Under the pieces are notes generated by a model, which was not told where the DNA came from, made no database searches, and saw only the letters and a list, made by a program, of their open reading frames with translations. Made by a program: the position numbers and the translations under genes. 64,000 nucleotides of DNA from an uncultured Microthrixaceae bacterium (GTDB taxonomy: Bacteria; Actinomycetota; Acidimicrobiia; Acidimicrobiales; DATDAH01). Of the stretch, positions 46,062 through 56,021 are shown piece after piece. The first letter of the stretch is position 1. Each line of letters starts with the position of its first letter. The stretch covers positions 895,362-959,361 of the forward strand of contig CAWBVI010000004.1 in assembly GCA_963792205.1 (NCBI GenBank), written 5' to 3'.

Positions 46062-46379
46062 CTAGCCCCTGAGCACCGAGACGTCGTCGGCGGTGGCGCC
46101 GGGACGGCGGCGGAGCACGGCGACGATGAGGGCGAGGCCCACCACCACTTCGGCGGCGGCGACGACGAGCACGAAGAACACCGAGACCTGGCCGCCGATG
46201 TCGCCGAGGCCGTGGCCGAAGGCCACGAAGGTGAGGGTGACGGCGTTGAGCATGAGCTCGACGCACATGAACATCACCAGCGGGTTGCGCCGGAGGAGCA
46301 GGCCGACGGCACCGATCGTGAACAGCACGGCGCCGAGCACCAGGTACCAGGTGGTGGTCACCTCGATGGCCGCGATCAC
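46062..46379 (-). CDS. nuoK: NADH-quinone oxidoreductase subunit K (operon 2)
   Basis: 105 aa. [17 protein letters not shown], three TM helices. Confidence 0.93.
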   Translation of the reverse strand: MIAAIEVTTTWYLVLGAVLFTIGAVGLLLRRNPLVMFMCVELMLNAVTLTFVAFGHGLGDIGGQVSVFFVLVVAAAEVVVGLALIVAVLRRRPGATADDVSVLRG

Positions 46380-46927
46380 GTCGACTCCTCGGCCGGCGCG
46401 TCGAGGCGCTCGGGCTTCGGGGGTCGGCGGGCGAGGACGACGGCGCCGACGACGGCGATCGTGAGCAGCAGCGCGGTGATCTCGAACGCGAACACGTAGT
46501 CGCTGAACAGCACCCGGGCGAGCTGCTCCACGTTCGCGCGGTCACCGAAGCCGGCCACCGCGGCGTCGGCCCCGGTCACGGGGTTCTCGGCGAACAGCAG
46601 GACGGCCAGGAGGAGCCCGAGCAGGGCGAGGCCGCCGACGATGGCGAGCGGCCGCTGGCCGGGAAGCGGGTCCTCCCGCAGCGAGTCGGCGGTGTCGACG
46701 CCGAGCAGCATGATCACGAAGAGGAAGAGGACGACGATGGCGCCGGCGTAGACGATCACCTGCACGGCGGCGAGCAGGTGGGCCTCGAGCGAGACGAACT
46801 GCACCGCGACGCCGAACAGGGTCGCCACCAGTGACAGGGCGGCGTGCACCGGGTTGCGGAAGGCGACGACCCCGATCGCCCCACCGAGGATGATGGCCGC
46901 GCTGATGACGAAGACGAACAGCTCCAT
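46376..46927 (-). CDS. nuoJ: NADH-quinone oxidoreductase subunit J (operon 2)
   Basis: 183 aa from [16 protein letters not shown] (ATG 46925-46927, TGATG overlap with the nuoI2 stop). [13 protein letters not shown] and [17 protein letters not shown]. Confidence 0.9.
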   Translation of the reverse strand: MELFVFVISAAIILGGAIGVVAFRNPVHAALSLVATLFGVAVQFVSLEAHLLAAVQVIVYAGAIVVLFLFVIMLLGVDTADSLREDPLPGQRPLAIVGGLALLGLLLAVLLFAENPVTGADAAVAGFGDRANVEQLARVLFSDYVFAFEITALLLTIAVVGAVVLARRPPKPERLDAPAEEST

Positions 46928-47529
46928 CAGTCGGCGGGCTCCTCCGCCCGTTGACCGCGCTCGGGGGCGCGGACGCCGTAGCCGAGCTCGCCCGACCACG
47001 ACACGACGCCCTCGTAGTCGGCGCTGCCGGAAGAGGCGGTGGCCCGCATCCAGGCCGACGTGTGCCGGTCCTCGCCCTCGCGCCAGTCCTCCCACGGCAA
47101 CTGCTGGGGCTTGCCGTCGTCGTCGACCAGCAGCTCGTCCCGGGTGTAGATGGCGTCCTGGCGGTTGGTGAACGAGAACTCGAACAGCTTCGACTCGGTG
47201 ATGGCTTCGGTGGGGCAGGCCTCGACGCAGAGGTCGCAGTGGATGCAGCGCAGGTAGTTGATCTCGTAGATGAAGCCCCACCGCTCGCCCGGCGAGACGG
47301 GGTCGTCGGGCGGGTTGTCGGCGCCGCGGACGTAGATGCACCGGGCCGGGCAGACCCCGGCACAGAGCTCGCAGCCGATGCACTTCTCCATGCCGTCCTC
47401 GTAGCGGTTGAGGACGTGGCGGCCGTGGAGCCGCGGCGGCTTGGGGGCCTTCTCCTCGGGGTACGGCGCGGTGACGCGGTCCTCGAACAGCTTCTTGAAC
47501 GTGACCCAGAACCCGTCGAGGTACCCCAT
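46927..47529 (-). CDS. nuoI: NADH-quinone oxidoreductase subunit I (operon 2), 2x[4Fe-4S]
   Basis: 200 aa from MGYLDGFWVTFKKLF. CIGCELCAGVCP and CIHCDLCVEACP. Confidence 0.94.
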   Translation of the reverse strand: MGYLDGFWVTFKKLFEDRVTAPYPEEKAPKPPRLHGRHVLNRYEDGMEKCIGCELCAGVCPARCIYVRGADNPPDDPVSPGERWGFIYEINYLRCIHCDLCVEACPTEAITESKLFEFSFTNRQDAIYTRDELLVDDDGKPQQLPWEDWREGEDRHTSAWMRATASSGSADYEGVVSWSGELGYGVRAPERGQRAEEPAD

Positions 47530-48722
47530 CAGTCGAACACCTCCGCCGTGTCGGCCTCGCGCTCGGTGCGGGCCGCAGTGATGGCCCGGCTCAGCAGCCC
47601 GAAGCCGATGAGCCCGACCACCACCCCCCCGGCCACCACCACGAGGATGTTCCAGTCCTCGTCGTTGCCGATGCGGATGGCGGCCAGCAGGAGCAGCCAG
47701 CCGAGGGCCACCGGGATGAGCAGCTTCCACCCCAGATCCATCAGCTGGTCGTAGCGGAAGCGGGGCAACGTGGCCCGGAACCAGACGAAGGTGAAGAGGA
47801 AGACGAAGACCTTGGCGAAGAACCAGATCGGGCCCCAGAGGAGGTCGGGGCCGAACAGCGTCGGGCCGGCGGGGCCCCCGAGGAAGAGGGTGACGATGAT
47901 CGCCGACATGGTGATCACGTTCATGAACTCGGCCAGGAAGAAGAGGGCGAAGCGGATCGAGCTGTACTCGGTGTGGAAGCCGCCGACGATCTCCTGCTCG
48001 GCCTCGACCAGGTCGAACGGCGGCCGGTTCAGCTCGGCCGTGCCCGCCAGCAGGAAGACGATGAACGGGACGACGCCCGCGGTCACCAGGTTCCAGTCGC
48101 GAATGGAGTCGGCCTGGGCGTTCACGATGGCGTGGGTCGAGAGGCTGCCGGTGAGGAGGATGACCGCGGCCACCGAGAGCCCAAGGGCCGCCTCGTAGGA
48201 GATCATCTGGGCGGTCGCCCGGACCGAGCCGAGCAGCGGGTACTTCGACCCCGACGACCAGCCGGCGAGCATCACGCCGTACACGGCGATGGACGACAGG
48301 GCGAGGAACAGCAGGATCCCGATGGGCGGGTCCGCCACCTGGAGGAACGTGTCGTGGCCGAAGATGGTCACCACGCCGTCGTCCGCGCCCTCGAAGTTGC
48401 CGCCGATGGGCACGATGCAGAAGACCATGAAGGCCGGGATGATCGACAGGTAGGGGGCGAGGCGGAACACGCCGAGATCGGCCCGGATCGGCTTGAGGTC
48501 CTCCTTGAAGAAGAACTTCACCCCGTCGGCGAAGGTCTGGAACAGCCCCCAGGGACCGGCGATGTTCGGGCCGATCCGGTTCTGCATGTCGCTGATGAGC
48601 TTGCGCTCGAACCAGATCATGAACATGACGGCGACGAGGAGGAAGACGAAGGCGATCACGACCTTGAGCAGGACGATGAGCACTTCGGCCCCGCCGATGT
48701 CGCCGGAGAGCAGCGGGTCCAT
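47529..48722 (-). CDS. nuoH: NADH-quinone oxidoreductase subunit H (operon 2)
   Basis: 397 aa. MQNRIGPNIAGPWGLFQTFADGVKFF and PPFDLVEAEQEIVGGFHTEYS. Confidence 0.95.
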   Translation of the reverse strand: MDPLLSGDIGGAEVLIVLLKVVIAFVFLLVAVMFMIWFERKLISDMQNRIGPNIAGPWGLFQTFADGVKFFFKEDLKPIRADLGVFRLAPYLSIIPAFMVFCIVPIGGNFEGADDGVVTIFGHDTFLQVADPPIGILLFLALSSIAVYGVMLAGWSSGSKYPLLGSVRATAQMISYEAALGLSVAAVILLTGSLSTHAIVNAQADSIRDWNLVTAGVVPFIVFLLAGTAELNRPPFDLVEAEQEIVGGFHTEYSSIRFALFFLAEFMNVITMSAIIVTLFLGGPAGPTLFGPDLLWGPIWFFAKVFVFLFTFVWFRATLPRFRYDQLMDLGWKLLIPVALGWLLLLAAIRIGNDEDWNILVVVAGGVVVGLIGFGLLSRAITAARTEREADTAEVFD

Positions 48723-51139
48723 CAGTGCCGCTCCACCCGCACGTCGGTCACCGCATCGCCGTCGGTGACCAGGTCGCCGCCGCCGCCGCCGAGCGCGTTG
48801 AACGGCACGACCGCGCTGCCCCGCGGGACTCCCGCGTCGGCGGCCGCCGCCACGGTGACCGTGCCCCGGGCCGAGGACACCTTGACCGGTGTCCCGTCGT
48901 CGATGCCGAGGGCGTCGAAGTCGTGGGGACTGAGGCGGACCGTGGCCGGTCGGGCCAGCTTGGCGACGGCCGGGGCCCGCTGCACGAGCGTGGCCTCGTC
49001 GTACATCGTGCGCCCCGTGACGAGCCGCAGCGAGTAGCTGTCGGCCGCCGGAAGGTGGCGCTCGGCGGTCGCGCCCGGCGTGACCGAGCCGCCCTCGGCC
49101 ACCATCCCGTCACCACCGGCGAGGAGGAGGCGCTCACGCATCCCGGCGTGGGTGGGCGCCACCCGCTCGATCTCGGCCTGCAGGTCGTCGACCGTCGTCA
49201 CCCCGAGGTCGGTCCCGAGGAGGAACGCCAGGTCGGCGGCGATCACCCAGTCGGGGCGGGCCGTCCCCGGAGCGGTGACCCGCTGCGCGACGGTGTTCAC
49301 CCGGCCCTCGAGGTTGGTCACCGTGCCGTCGACCTCGGCGTAGCCGGCCGCCGGGAACACGACGTCGGCCAGGTCGACCGAGGCGTTGGGGAAGCAGTCG
49401 ACGGCGATGACCGTGCCCACCCGTTCGAGGGCGCGGCGGGCCAGGTCGCCGTCGGGGGCGTCCTGGACGGGGTCGGCGCCGAGCAGCACGAGCACGTCGA
49501 GGCCGCCGTCGGCGCCGGCGCGGAGCATGGCGTCGGTGTCCAGCCCCGTGCCCGTCGGCACCGTCGGCCACACGCCGGACAGCGCCTCACGCCCGTCGTC
49601 CAGCCGGGTCCGCCCGGGCAACATCCCGGGCGCCAGGCCCATGTCCAGCGCGCCGTGCACGTTGCCGCGGCGCAGCGAGGAGAGGAAGCGCACGTCGGCC
49701 CGGTCGGCCAGCAGGCCGGCGGCCCGGGCCACGTGGTCGGCGGTCTCGGCCAGTGACGGACGGCCGAGCACGACCACGACCGGTCCGTCACCGAGGTGGC
49801 CGGCGGCGAGCACGGCCTCGACCGCCGCCGGCGCCCCACCGGGCGGATGCAGCTCGGTGTGGACGGCGTAGGGCGAGAGGCCGGTGGTGGCCGGGGCGAT
49901 CTCGACCAGGCGGACACCGTCCTCGACCGCGGCGTGGCGCAACCGCAGGTAGAGGACACCCAGCTCCTCTTTGATGTCGGGGCCGAGGAGGACGACCGTG
50001 GTCCCGGGGGCACAGGCCTGGTCGATGGTCGCCCGGGGCAGCCCGAGCACGAGGTCGGCGGGGAGGCCGTCCCCGAGCTGGGCGTCGACGTTGTCGGTGC
50101 CGAGCACGCCCTTGGCCAGCTTCGCCCAGGCGTAGGCGGCCTCGTTGGTCAGGCGGGCTCCGCCGATGACGCCGATGCGGTCGGCCGACGTGGCCTGCAG
50201 CGCCGAGCCGGCCCGGCTCAGCGCTTCGGACCAGCGGGCGACCGTCAGGCCACTCCCGCCGTCGGTGCGCACGAGCGGCTCGCTCAGCCGGTCGGGGCTG
50301 TTCACGTAGGAGAAGTCGAAGCGGCCCTTGTCACAGAGCCAGCCCCAGTTGACAGGGTCGACGTCCACGCCGCTGTAGCGGAGGACCTCGTCGCGCGACG
50401 ACTGGATGGCGACCCGGCACCCCACCGAGCAGGTGGTGCACGTCGACTCGGCGTTGGCCAGGTCCCACGGCCGCGCCCGGAACCGGAAGGGCTCGGCGGT
50501 CAGGGCCCCGACGGGGCAGATCTGCACGGTGTTCCCGCTGAAGTAGGACGAGAAGGGGTGGTCGGGGAACGTGTTCACCTCGGTCGACGCACCCCGACCG
50601 ATGAAGGAGATCAGCGGGTCGCCGGCCACCTCCTTGGCAAAGCGGGTGCAGCGGTCGCAGAGGATGCAGCGCTCGCGGTCGAGGAGCACGATGTCATTCA
50701 CCGGGATGGGCTTGGCGAAGTGGCGCTTCTCCTCGACGAAGCGGCTCTCGCCCGGCCCGTAGGCCATCGTCTGGTCCTGCAGCGGGCACTCGCCGCCCTT
50801 GTCGCACACCGGGCAGTCGAGCGGGTGGTTGATGAGGAGGAACTCGAGGATCCCGTCCTGGGCCTTCTTGGTCGCCTCGCTGCGCGTGTCGACCACCATG
50901 TCGGGGGCGACCTCGATCATGCAGGCCGGCTGCAGAGCCGGGCCGCGGCCGGTGTCGATGTCGACCACGCACATGCGGCACATGCCCACCGACCGCATGC
51001 GCGGGTGGTAGCAGAAGCGGGGGATGTAGGCCCCCGCCCGCTCGGCGGCGGCGATGACGAGCTCGCCCGGCGCGGCCTCGACCGCGTCACCGTTCACGGT
51101 GATGGTGAGGGTCTCGCGGGGCGAGGAGGGCTCAGACAC
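48722..51139 (-). CDS. nuoG: NADH-quinone oxidoreductase subunit G (75-kDa type)
   Basis: 805 aa. N-terminal [2Fe-2S] region IPRFCYHPRMRSVGMCRMCVV, HPLDCPVCDKGGEC, CILCDRCTRF, followed by a molybdopterin-like domain. Confidence 0.96.
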   Translation of the reverse strand: MSEPSSPRETLTITVNGDAVEAAPGELVIAAAERAGAYIPRFCYHPRMRSVGMCRMCVVDIDTGRGPALQPACMIEVAPDMVVDTRSEATKKAQDGILEFLLINHPLDCPVCDKGGECPLQDQTMAYGPGESRFVEEKRHFAKPIPVNDIVLLDRERCILCDRCTRFAKEVAGDPLISFIGRGASTEVNTFPDHPFSSYFSGNTVQICPVGALTAEPFRFRARPWDLANAESTCTTCSVGCRVAIQSSRDEVLRYSGVDVDPVNWGWLCDKGRFDFSYVNSPDRLSEPLVRTDGGSGLTVARWSEALSRAGSALQATSADRIGVIGGARLTNEAAYAWAKLAKGVLGTDNVDAQLGDGLPADLVLGLPRATIDQACAPGTTVVLLGPDIKEELGVLYLRLRHAAVEDGVRLVEIAPATTGLSPYAVHTELHPPGGAPAAVEAVLAAGHLGDGPVVVVLGRPSLAETADHVARAAGLLADRADVRFLSSLRRGNVHGALDMGLAPGMLPGRTRLDDGREALSGVWPTVPTGTGLDTDAMLRAGADGGLDVLVLLGADPVQDAPDGDLARRALERVGTVIAVDCFPNASVDLADVVFPAAGYAEVDGTVTNLEGRVNTVAQRVTAPGTARPDWVIAADLAFLLGTDLGVTTVDDLQAEIERVAPTHAGMRERLLLAGGDGMVAEGGSVTPGATAERHLPAADSYSLRLVTGRTMYDEATLVQRAPAVAKLARPATVRLSPHDFDALGIDDGTPVKVSSARGTVTVAAAADAGVPRGSAVVPFNALGGGGGDLVTDGDAVTDVRVERH

Positions 51140-52472
51140 CGGCAGCCTCCCGGCGACCGATCGTGACCGGGACCGTCGTCGTGGTCGGTGCGGCAGTCGC
51201 GATGTAGGCGTCGTACTCGTCCCGGAAGCGGTCGAGCGTGGACAGGATCGGCGACACCGCAGACGGCCCCAGGGGGCAGATCGTGGTCATCCGGGGCGGC
51301 CAGGCCAGCCCCGGGCTGATGTTGTCGCAGACGTCACGGAGCAGCTCCAGGTCGCTCGGCCGGCCGTAGCCGTCGAGGATGCGCCGCAGGATCTTGGCCA
51401 GCCAGTTGGTGCCTTCGCGGCACGGCGTGCACTTGCCGCAGGACTCGTTGGCGAAGAAGCGCACGACCCGCCAGGCGGCCCGCACCGCGTCGGTGGTCTC
51501 GTCCATGACGACCACCGCCCCCGAGCCCATCATCGACCCCGCCTGGCCGACCGCCCCGGTCTCGAGGGGGAGGTCGAGGTGCTCCTCGAAGAACCACGGT
51601 GCCGAGGCCCCGCCGGGGATGAAGCACTTCAGCGCCCGATCGTCGCGGATGCCCGCGCCGCACTCGGGTGCGTACAGCAGGTCGCGGAAGGTGGTCACGC
51701 CGAACTCGACCTCGTAGATCCCGGGCTCCTTGACGTGGCCGGAGACGGCGAAGAGCCGGGTGCCCCGGCTGGTCTCGGCGCCGAGGGCGGCGAAGGCCTC
51801 GCCGCCGTTGAGGACGATCCACGGCAGGTTGGCGACGGTCTCGATGTTGTTGACGATCGTGGGCTGGAGGTACAGGCCCTTGGCGGCGGGGAAGAAGGGG
51901 GGCTTCAGCCGGGGAAAGCCCCGGCCGCCCTCGAGGCTCTCGATGAGCGCGGTCTCCTCACCGACGATGTAGGCGCCGGCTCCCCAGTGCAGTACGACGT
52001 CACAGGAGAAGTCCGAGCCGCAGATGCGCCGGCCGACGTAGCCCGCGGCATACGCGTCGTTGAGGGCCTGGGCCAGCCGCTCCTGGGCCAGGGCCATCTC
52101 GCCCCGGACGTAGAGGAACACCTGGGCCGCCCCGACGGCGTAGGCGCAGATGAGGGCGCCCTCGATGACCTGGTGCGGGTCCCGCTCCATCAGGGCGCGG
52201 TCCTTGTAGGTGCCGGGCTCGCTCTCGTCGCCGTTGATGACGACGTAGCGGGGCCACACGCCCGGCGGGCAGAAGCCCCACTTCACGCCACACGGGAAGC
52301 CGGCCCCGCCGCGCCCGAGCAGGCTGGCGGTCTTCACCTCGTCGACGATCTCCTGCGGCGACCGGAGCACGGCGGACTTCAGGCCGTCGTAGCCCCCGGT
52401 GCCCTCGTAGCCGTCGAGGGTGGCGGCGTCGGCTTGGTCGAAGCGGCGGCTGACGATCGGATCGACCGGCAT
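51132..52472 (-). CDS. nuoF: NADH-quinone oxidoreductase subunit F (FMN/NADH site, N3)
   Basis: 446 aa from MPVDPIVSRRF (ATG 52470-52472). GRGGAGFPCGVKW, NGDESEPGTYKDR and ESCGKCTPCREG motifs. Confidence 0.96.
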   Translation of the reverse strand: MPVDPIVSRRFDQADAATLDGYEGTGGYDGLKSAVLRSPQEIVDEVKTASLLGRGGAGFPCGVKWGFCPPGVWPRYVVINGDESEPGTYKDRALMERDPHQVIEGALICAYAVGAAQVFLYVRGEMALAQERLAQALNDAYAAGYVGRRICGSDFSCDVVLHWGAGAYIVGEETALIESLEGGRGFPRLKPPFFPAAKGLYLQPTIVNNIETVANLPWIVLNGGEAFAALGAETSRGTRLFAVSGHVKEPGIYEVEFGVTTFRDLLYAPECGAGIRDDRALKCFIPGGASAPWFFEEHLDLPLETGAVGQAGSMMGSGAVVVMDETTDAVRAAWRVVRFFANESCGKCTPCREGTNWLAKILRRILDGYGRPSDLELLRDVCDNISPGLAWPPRMTTICPLGPSAVSPILSTLDRFRDEYDAYIATAAPTTTTVPVTIGRREAAGV

Positions 52473-53083
52473 CACGCCCCTCCTCGGTCGGCCATCCACA
52501 CCGGTTCCTGGCCCGAGTCCGGCGCCGCGGCGCCCGCGGCCCGTCCGGCGGGGATGTGCTGGCGGATCCGGTGCAGCGTCCCGTGGGGCGGGATGTCGTG
52601 GTCGTGGCGCCCGGCCCGGAGGTCGTCGAGGAGCTGGTCGAGGGCGGCGGGCGTGAGGTTGGTGAAGTACCGGTAGTTGACCTGGAGGCACGGCGCTTCG
52701 GTGCAGGCCGCCTGGCACTCGACGTCCTCGAGGGTGAACGTGCCGTCGGCGGTGGTGTTGCCGGCCTTCACGTCGAGGGCTTCCTCGGCGTGCTCCAGGA
52801 GCTCGGCCCCACCGAGCAGCATGCAGGAGATGTCGGTGCAGATGTTGACCAGGTACCGGCCGACCGGCTCGGTCTTGAGCATCTCGTAGAACGAGCAGGT
52901 GCCGAGGACTTCGGCCGGCGTGGTGCCGACCAGCTCCGCCAGCTGCTCCATGGCGTCCTCGGTCACGTACCCGTCCTGCTCCTGCGCGAGGTGCAACAAC
53001 GGGATGAGCGCCGACCGCGGCCGCGGGTACCGCGAGATGATCTCGCGCGCCAGCTCGGCGTTCTCCCGGGTCAGCCGCGCCAT
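52472..53083 (-). CDS. nuoE: NADH-quinone oxidoreductase subunit E ([2Fe-2S] N1a)
   Basis: 203 aa from MARLTRENAELAREIISRYP (ATG 53081-53083). CTDISCMLLGG and CQAACTEAP cysteine motifs. As written it is in frame with, and not separated by a stop from, the upstream nuoD2 reading frame. Confidence 0.93.
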   Translation of the reverse strand: MARLTRENAELAREIISRYPRPRSALIPLLHLAQEQDGYVTEDAMEQLAELVGTTPAEVLGTCSFYEMLKTEPVGRYLVNICTDISCMLLGGAELLEHAEEALDVKAGNTTADGTFTLEDVECQAACTEAPCLQVNYRYFTNLTPAALDQLLDDLRAGRHDHDIPPHGTLHRIRQHIPAGRAAGAAAPDSGQEPVWMADRGGA

Positions 53084-54418
53084 CAGCGATCTACCTCGCC
53101 CATGATCGGGATCGACGCTCGAGATGACCGCGACGGCGTCGGCCATGAGACCGCCGCGCATCATGTGCGGGAGGGTCTGCAGGTTCACGAAGCTGGGGCC
53201 CCGGACCCGCAGTCGGTAGGGCCGAGCGCCGCCATCGCTCACGATGTAGCAGCCCAGCTCCCCGCGGGGCGATTCCACCGCGGCGTAGGTCTCCCCGGCC
53301 GGCACCTGGAAGCCCTCGGTGAAGAGCTTGAAGTGGTGGATCAGCGCCTCCATCGACTCGTCGATGCGGGCCCGCGGCGGCGGGGTGACCTTCTTGTCCT
53401 GCACCCGGTAGTCGCCCGGCGGCATCTTCTCGACGATCTGGTGGACGAGGCGAATGGACTCACGGACCTCGTTGAGGCGGATGGCGTAGCGGTCGAAGGC
53501 GTCGCCGTAGGTGCCCACGACCACGTCGAACTCGAGCTCGTCGTACGCCAGGTAGGGCTGGTCCCGGCGCAGGTCCCACGCGTAGCCCGTGGAGCGGAGG
53601 ATGGGGCCAGTGGCGCCGAGGGCCAATGCCTCGTCGGCGGTGATGACCCCGACGCCCTGCAGGCGCTCGCGCCAGATGGGCTGGCCGGTCATCAGGACGT
53701 CGTACTCGTCGAGGCGCGGTGGGAGCATCTCGAGCAGGGCCAGGACCTCGTCCTCCCAGCCGTCGGGCAGGTCGGCCGCCACGCCGCCCGGGCGGATGTA
53801 GTTGTGGTTCATCCGCAGACCGGTCACCGACTCGAAGAAGCGCAGGACCTGCTCGCGCTCCCGCCAGCCGTACAGCATCATCGACACCGCACCCATGTCC
53901 AAGCCGTTGGTCGCGAGGAACAGGAGATGGCTGGAGATCCGGTTCATCTCGCACATCAGCATTCGGATCCAGGTGGCGCGCGGCGGGACCTCGACGCCCA
54001 GGAGCTGCTCGGTCGCCAGGGAGAAGACGAGCTCGTTGAACAGGGGGGACGCGTAGTCCATGCGGGTGACGTTCGTGGCCCCCTGCAGGTAGGTGAGGGT
54101 CTCGCCCGTCTTCTCCATGCCCGTGTGCAGGTAGCCGATGATCGGCTTGGTCCGCAGCACGGTTTCACCCTTCAGCTCCAGCATGAGCCGCAGCACGCCG
54201 TGGGTCGACGGGTGCTGGGGACCCATGTTGATGATCATCGTCTGGTCTTCGTCACCCTGGTCCTCGAGGGCCGCGGCGTCCGCTTCGGAGAGGCGCAGGA
54301 CCGCGCCCATCTCCCGGAGGCGGTCGGACCCGCTGCCGCGGGTGAGGCCCTGGGACTCCTCGGAGGTCTGGGCGATGAGGTCGGCCGTGGTGTCGGTGTC
54401 GGTGTCGGTGTCGCTCAC
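53083..54418 (-). CDS. nuoD: NADH-quinone oxidoreductase subunit D (operon 2); 3' end carries one extra base, so the written sequence reads through into nuoE
   Basis: GTG 54418 (GTGA overlap with the nuoC2 stop). MIINMGPQHPSTHGVLRL and GYLHTGMEKT. The present frame ends ...SSVDPDHGRGRSL-MARLT (no stop). Deleting one C of the CCC at 53108-53110 gives ...SSVDPIMGEVDR*, with TGA at 53083-53085 overlapping the nuoE ATG. Span 1336 nt = 3n+1. Confidence 0.88.
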
Positions 54419-54957
54419 CTGCGCTCCTCCCGACCGGCGCCCTTGAACTGCACGGGGATGGCGCCGACCGCGTAGTCCTTGCGCAGCGGGTGCCCCTCCC
54501 AGTCCTCGGGCATGAGGATCCGGGTCAGGTCCGGGTGGCCGTCGAAGACGATGCCGAACATGTCGAACGCTTCGCGCTCGAGGGCGTCCGCCCCCGGGTG
54601 CAGGTCGACGATGCAGGGCACCGTCGGATCGTCGGCCGGCACCTGGACGCGGAGGCGCGTCCGGTGCCTGGCGGCATGGTTGATGAAGGAGGCCACCACC
54701 TCGAAGCGCTCGGGCGTGACCCCCGGAGCGACCTCGCGGTGCGGGTGGGCCAGGTAGTCCACGACCGTGAGGTCGATGCACATCAGGTAGCCGTCGTCGC
54801 GCAATGCCTCGACCACCTCGCGGTACTGCTCGCGCGAAGGGTGCAGGACCTCCTGGCCGAGGGAGTCGGTGACCGGCACGCCGTGCTTCTCGGGCGCCGG
54901 TGCCGGCTCGGGTGCGGCCTCCTCCGCCTCGACGTCCACGTCGCCCTGCTCGCTCAC
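54415..54957 (-). CDS. nuoC: NADH-quinone oxidoreductase subunit C (operon 2)
   Basis: 180 aa. [36 protein letters not shown]. Confidence 0.94.
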   Translation of the reverse strand: MSEQGDVDVEAEEAAPEPAPAPEKHGVPVTDSLGQEVLHPSREQYREVVEALRDDGYLMCIDLTVVDYLAHPHREVAPGVTPERFEVVASFINHAARHRTRLRVQVPADDPTVPCIVDLHPGADALEREAFDMFGIVFDGHPDLTRILMPEDWEGHPLRKDYAVGAIPVQFKGAGREERR

Positions 54958-54960
54958 CGC

Positions 54961-55563
54961 CTAGTCCTTGCTGGTGGGCTCGAGGATGCGCACCACCCCG
55001 GTGTCGGTCTGGCCGTCCACCTGAGGGACCACGATCCCGGCCCCGCCGCCGTTCGCGTCCCGGCGCTTCGTCAGCTCACCGGCGCGGATCTGGGCGTGCA
55101 GGGTGAGGATGGCGTGCATCAGCGTCTGGGGCCCGGGCGGGCACCCCGGCGCGTACACGTCGACGGGCACGACCTGGTCGACGCCCTGCACCAGGGCGTA
55201 GTTGTTGAACATCCCGCCGCTGGACGCGCACACGCCCATCGAGATGACCCACTTGGGTTCCATCATCTGGTCGTGGATCTGGCGCAGGACCGGCGCCATC
55301 TTCTGCGACACGCGGCCGGCGACGATCATGAGATCGGCCTGGCGGGGCGACGCCCGGAAGACCTCCATGCCGTAGCGCGCCAGGTCGTAGTGGGCCCCGC
55401 CGGTCGCCATCATCTCGATGGCGCAGCAGGCGAGTCCGAAGGTGGCGGGCATGACGCTGCGGGCGCGGGCCCACTTGACCAGCTCCTCGAGCGTGCCGGT
55501 GATCACGTTGTGGGTGAGGCCCTCCAGCCCCTTGTCCGTGAGGCCACCCGGTTCCGGCGTCAC
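54961..55563 (-). CDS. nuoB: NADH-quinone oxidoreductase subunit B (operon 2)
   Basis: 200 aa. [23 protein letters not shown] and [10 protein letters not shown]. Confidence 0.95.
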   Translation of the reverse strand: MTPEPGGLTDKGLEGLTHNVITGTLEELVKWARARSVMPATFGLACCAIEMMATGGAHYDLARYGMEVFRASPRQADLMIVAGRVSQKMAPVLRQIHDQMMEPKWVISMGVCASSGGMFNNYALVQGVDQVVPVDVYAPGCPPGPQTLMHAILTLHAQIRAGELTKRRDANGGGAGIVVPQVDGQTDTGVVRILEPTSKD

Positions 55564-56018
55564 GCGGCCGCCTCCTCGCGGCCCTCGAGGCCGACCCGGC
55601 GCACGGTCGTCTCACTCGTGCGCTCGGGCCCGACCTGGCCGAGGGCATGGACGGCGCGCTTGACCGGGCCCCAGTCGAGGGCGCCCTTGCTCACCAGGTA
55701 CAGGAAGGACTCGAAGACGAGCGCGGCGAAGATCAGCATCGACCAGAACCCGAAGGCCCCGAGGTCCCGGAACACCACCGCCCACGGGATGAAGAAGATG
55801 ATCTCGATGTCGAACACGATGAAGATCATCGCCACGAGGAAGAACTTCACCGGGAAGCGCTCGGGTGGCTCGCGGCTGGGGACGATGCCGCACTCGTAGG
55901 GCGCCTCCTTGGCCGGGGTCGGCAGGCGGGGCGCCAAGAGGCGCGAGGCCAGGATGCTGAGGATGGCGAACAGGAAGGCCAGCACTCCGAGGGCGAGCAC
56001 CGGCAGGTACTGGCCCAT
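55560..56018 (-). CDS. nuoA: NADH-quinone oxidoreductase subunit A (operon 2) with about 35-aa C-terminal extension
   Basis: 152 aa. [40 protein letters not shown]. Confidence 0.93.
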   Translation of the reverse strand: MGQYLPVLALGVLAFLFAILSILASRLLAPRLPTPAKEAPYECGIVPSREPPERFPVKFFLVAMIFIVFDIEIIFFIPWAVVFRDLGAFGFWSMLIFAALVFESFLYLVSKGALDWGPVKRAVHALGQVGPERTSETTVRRVGLEGREEAAA

Positions 56019-56021
56019 CGC

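Noticed and set aside
54419..54781. N-terminal about 120 aa of the 769-aa ORF 52472-54781
   Set aside because: It overlaps nuoC2 in another frame and is Arg/Pro/Gly-rich. The GTG at 54418 overlaps the nuoC2 stop and gives a sensible NuoD start.
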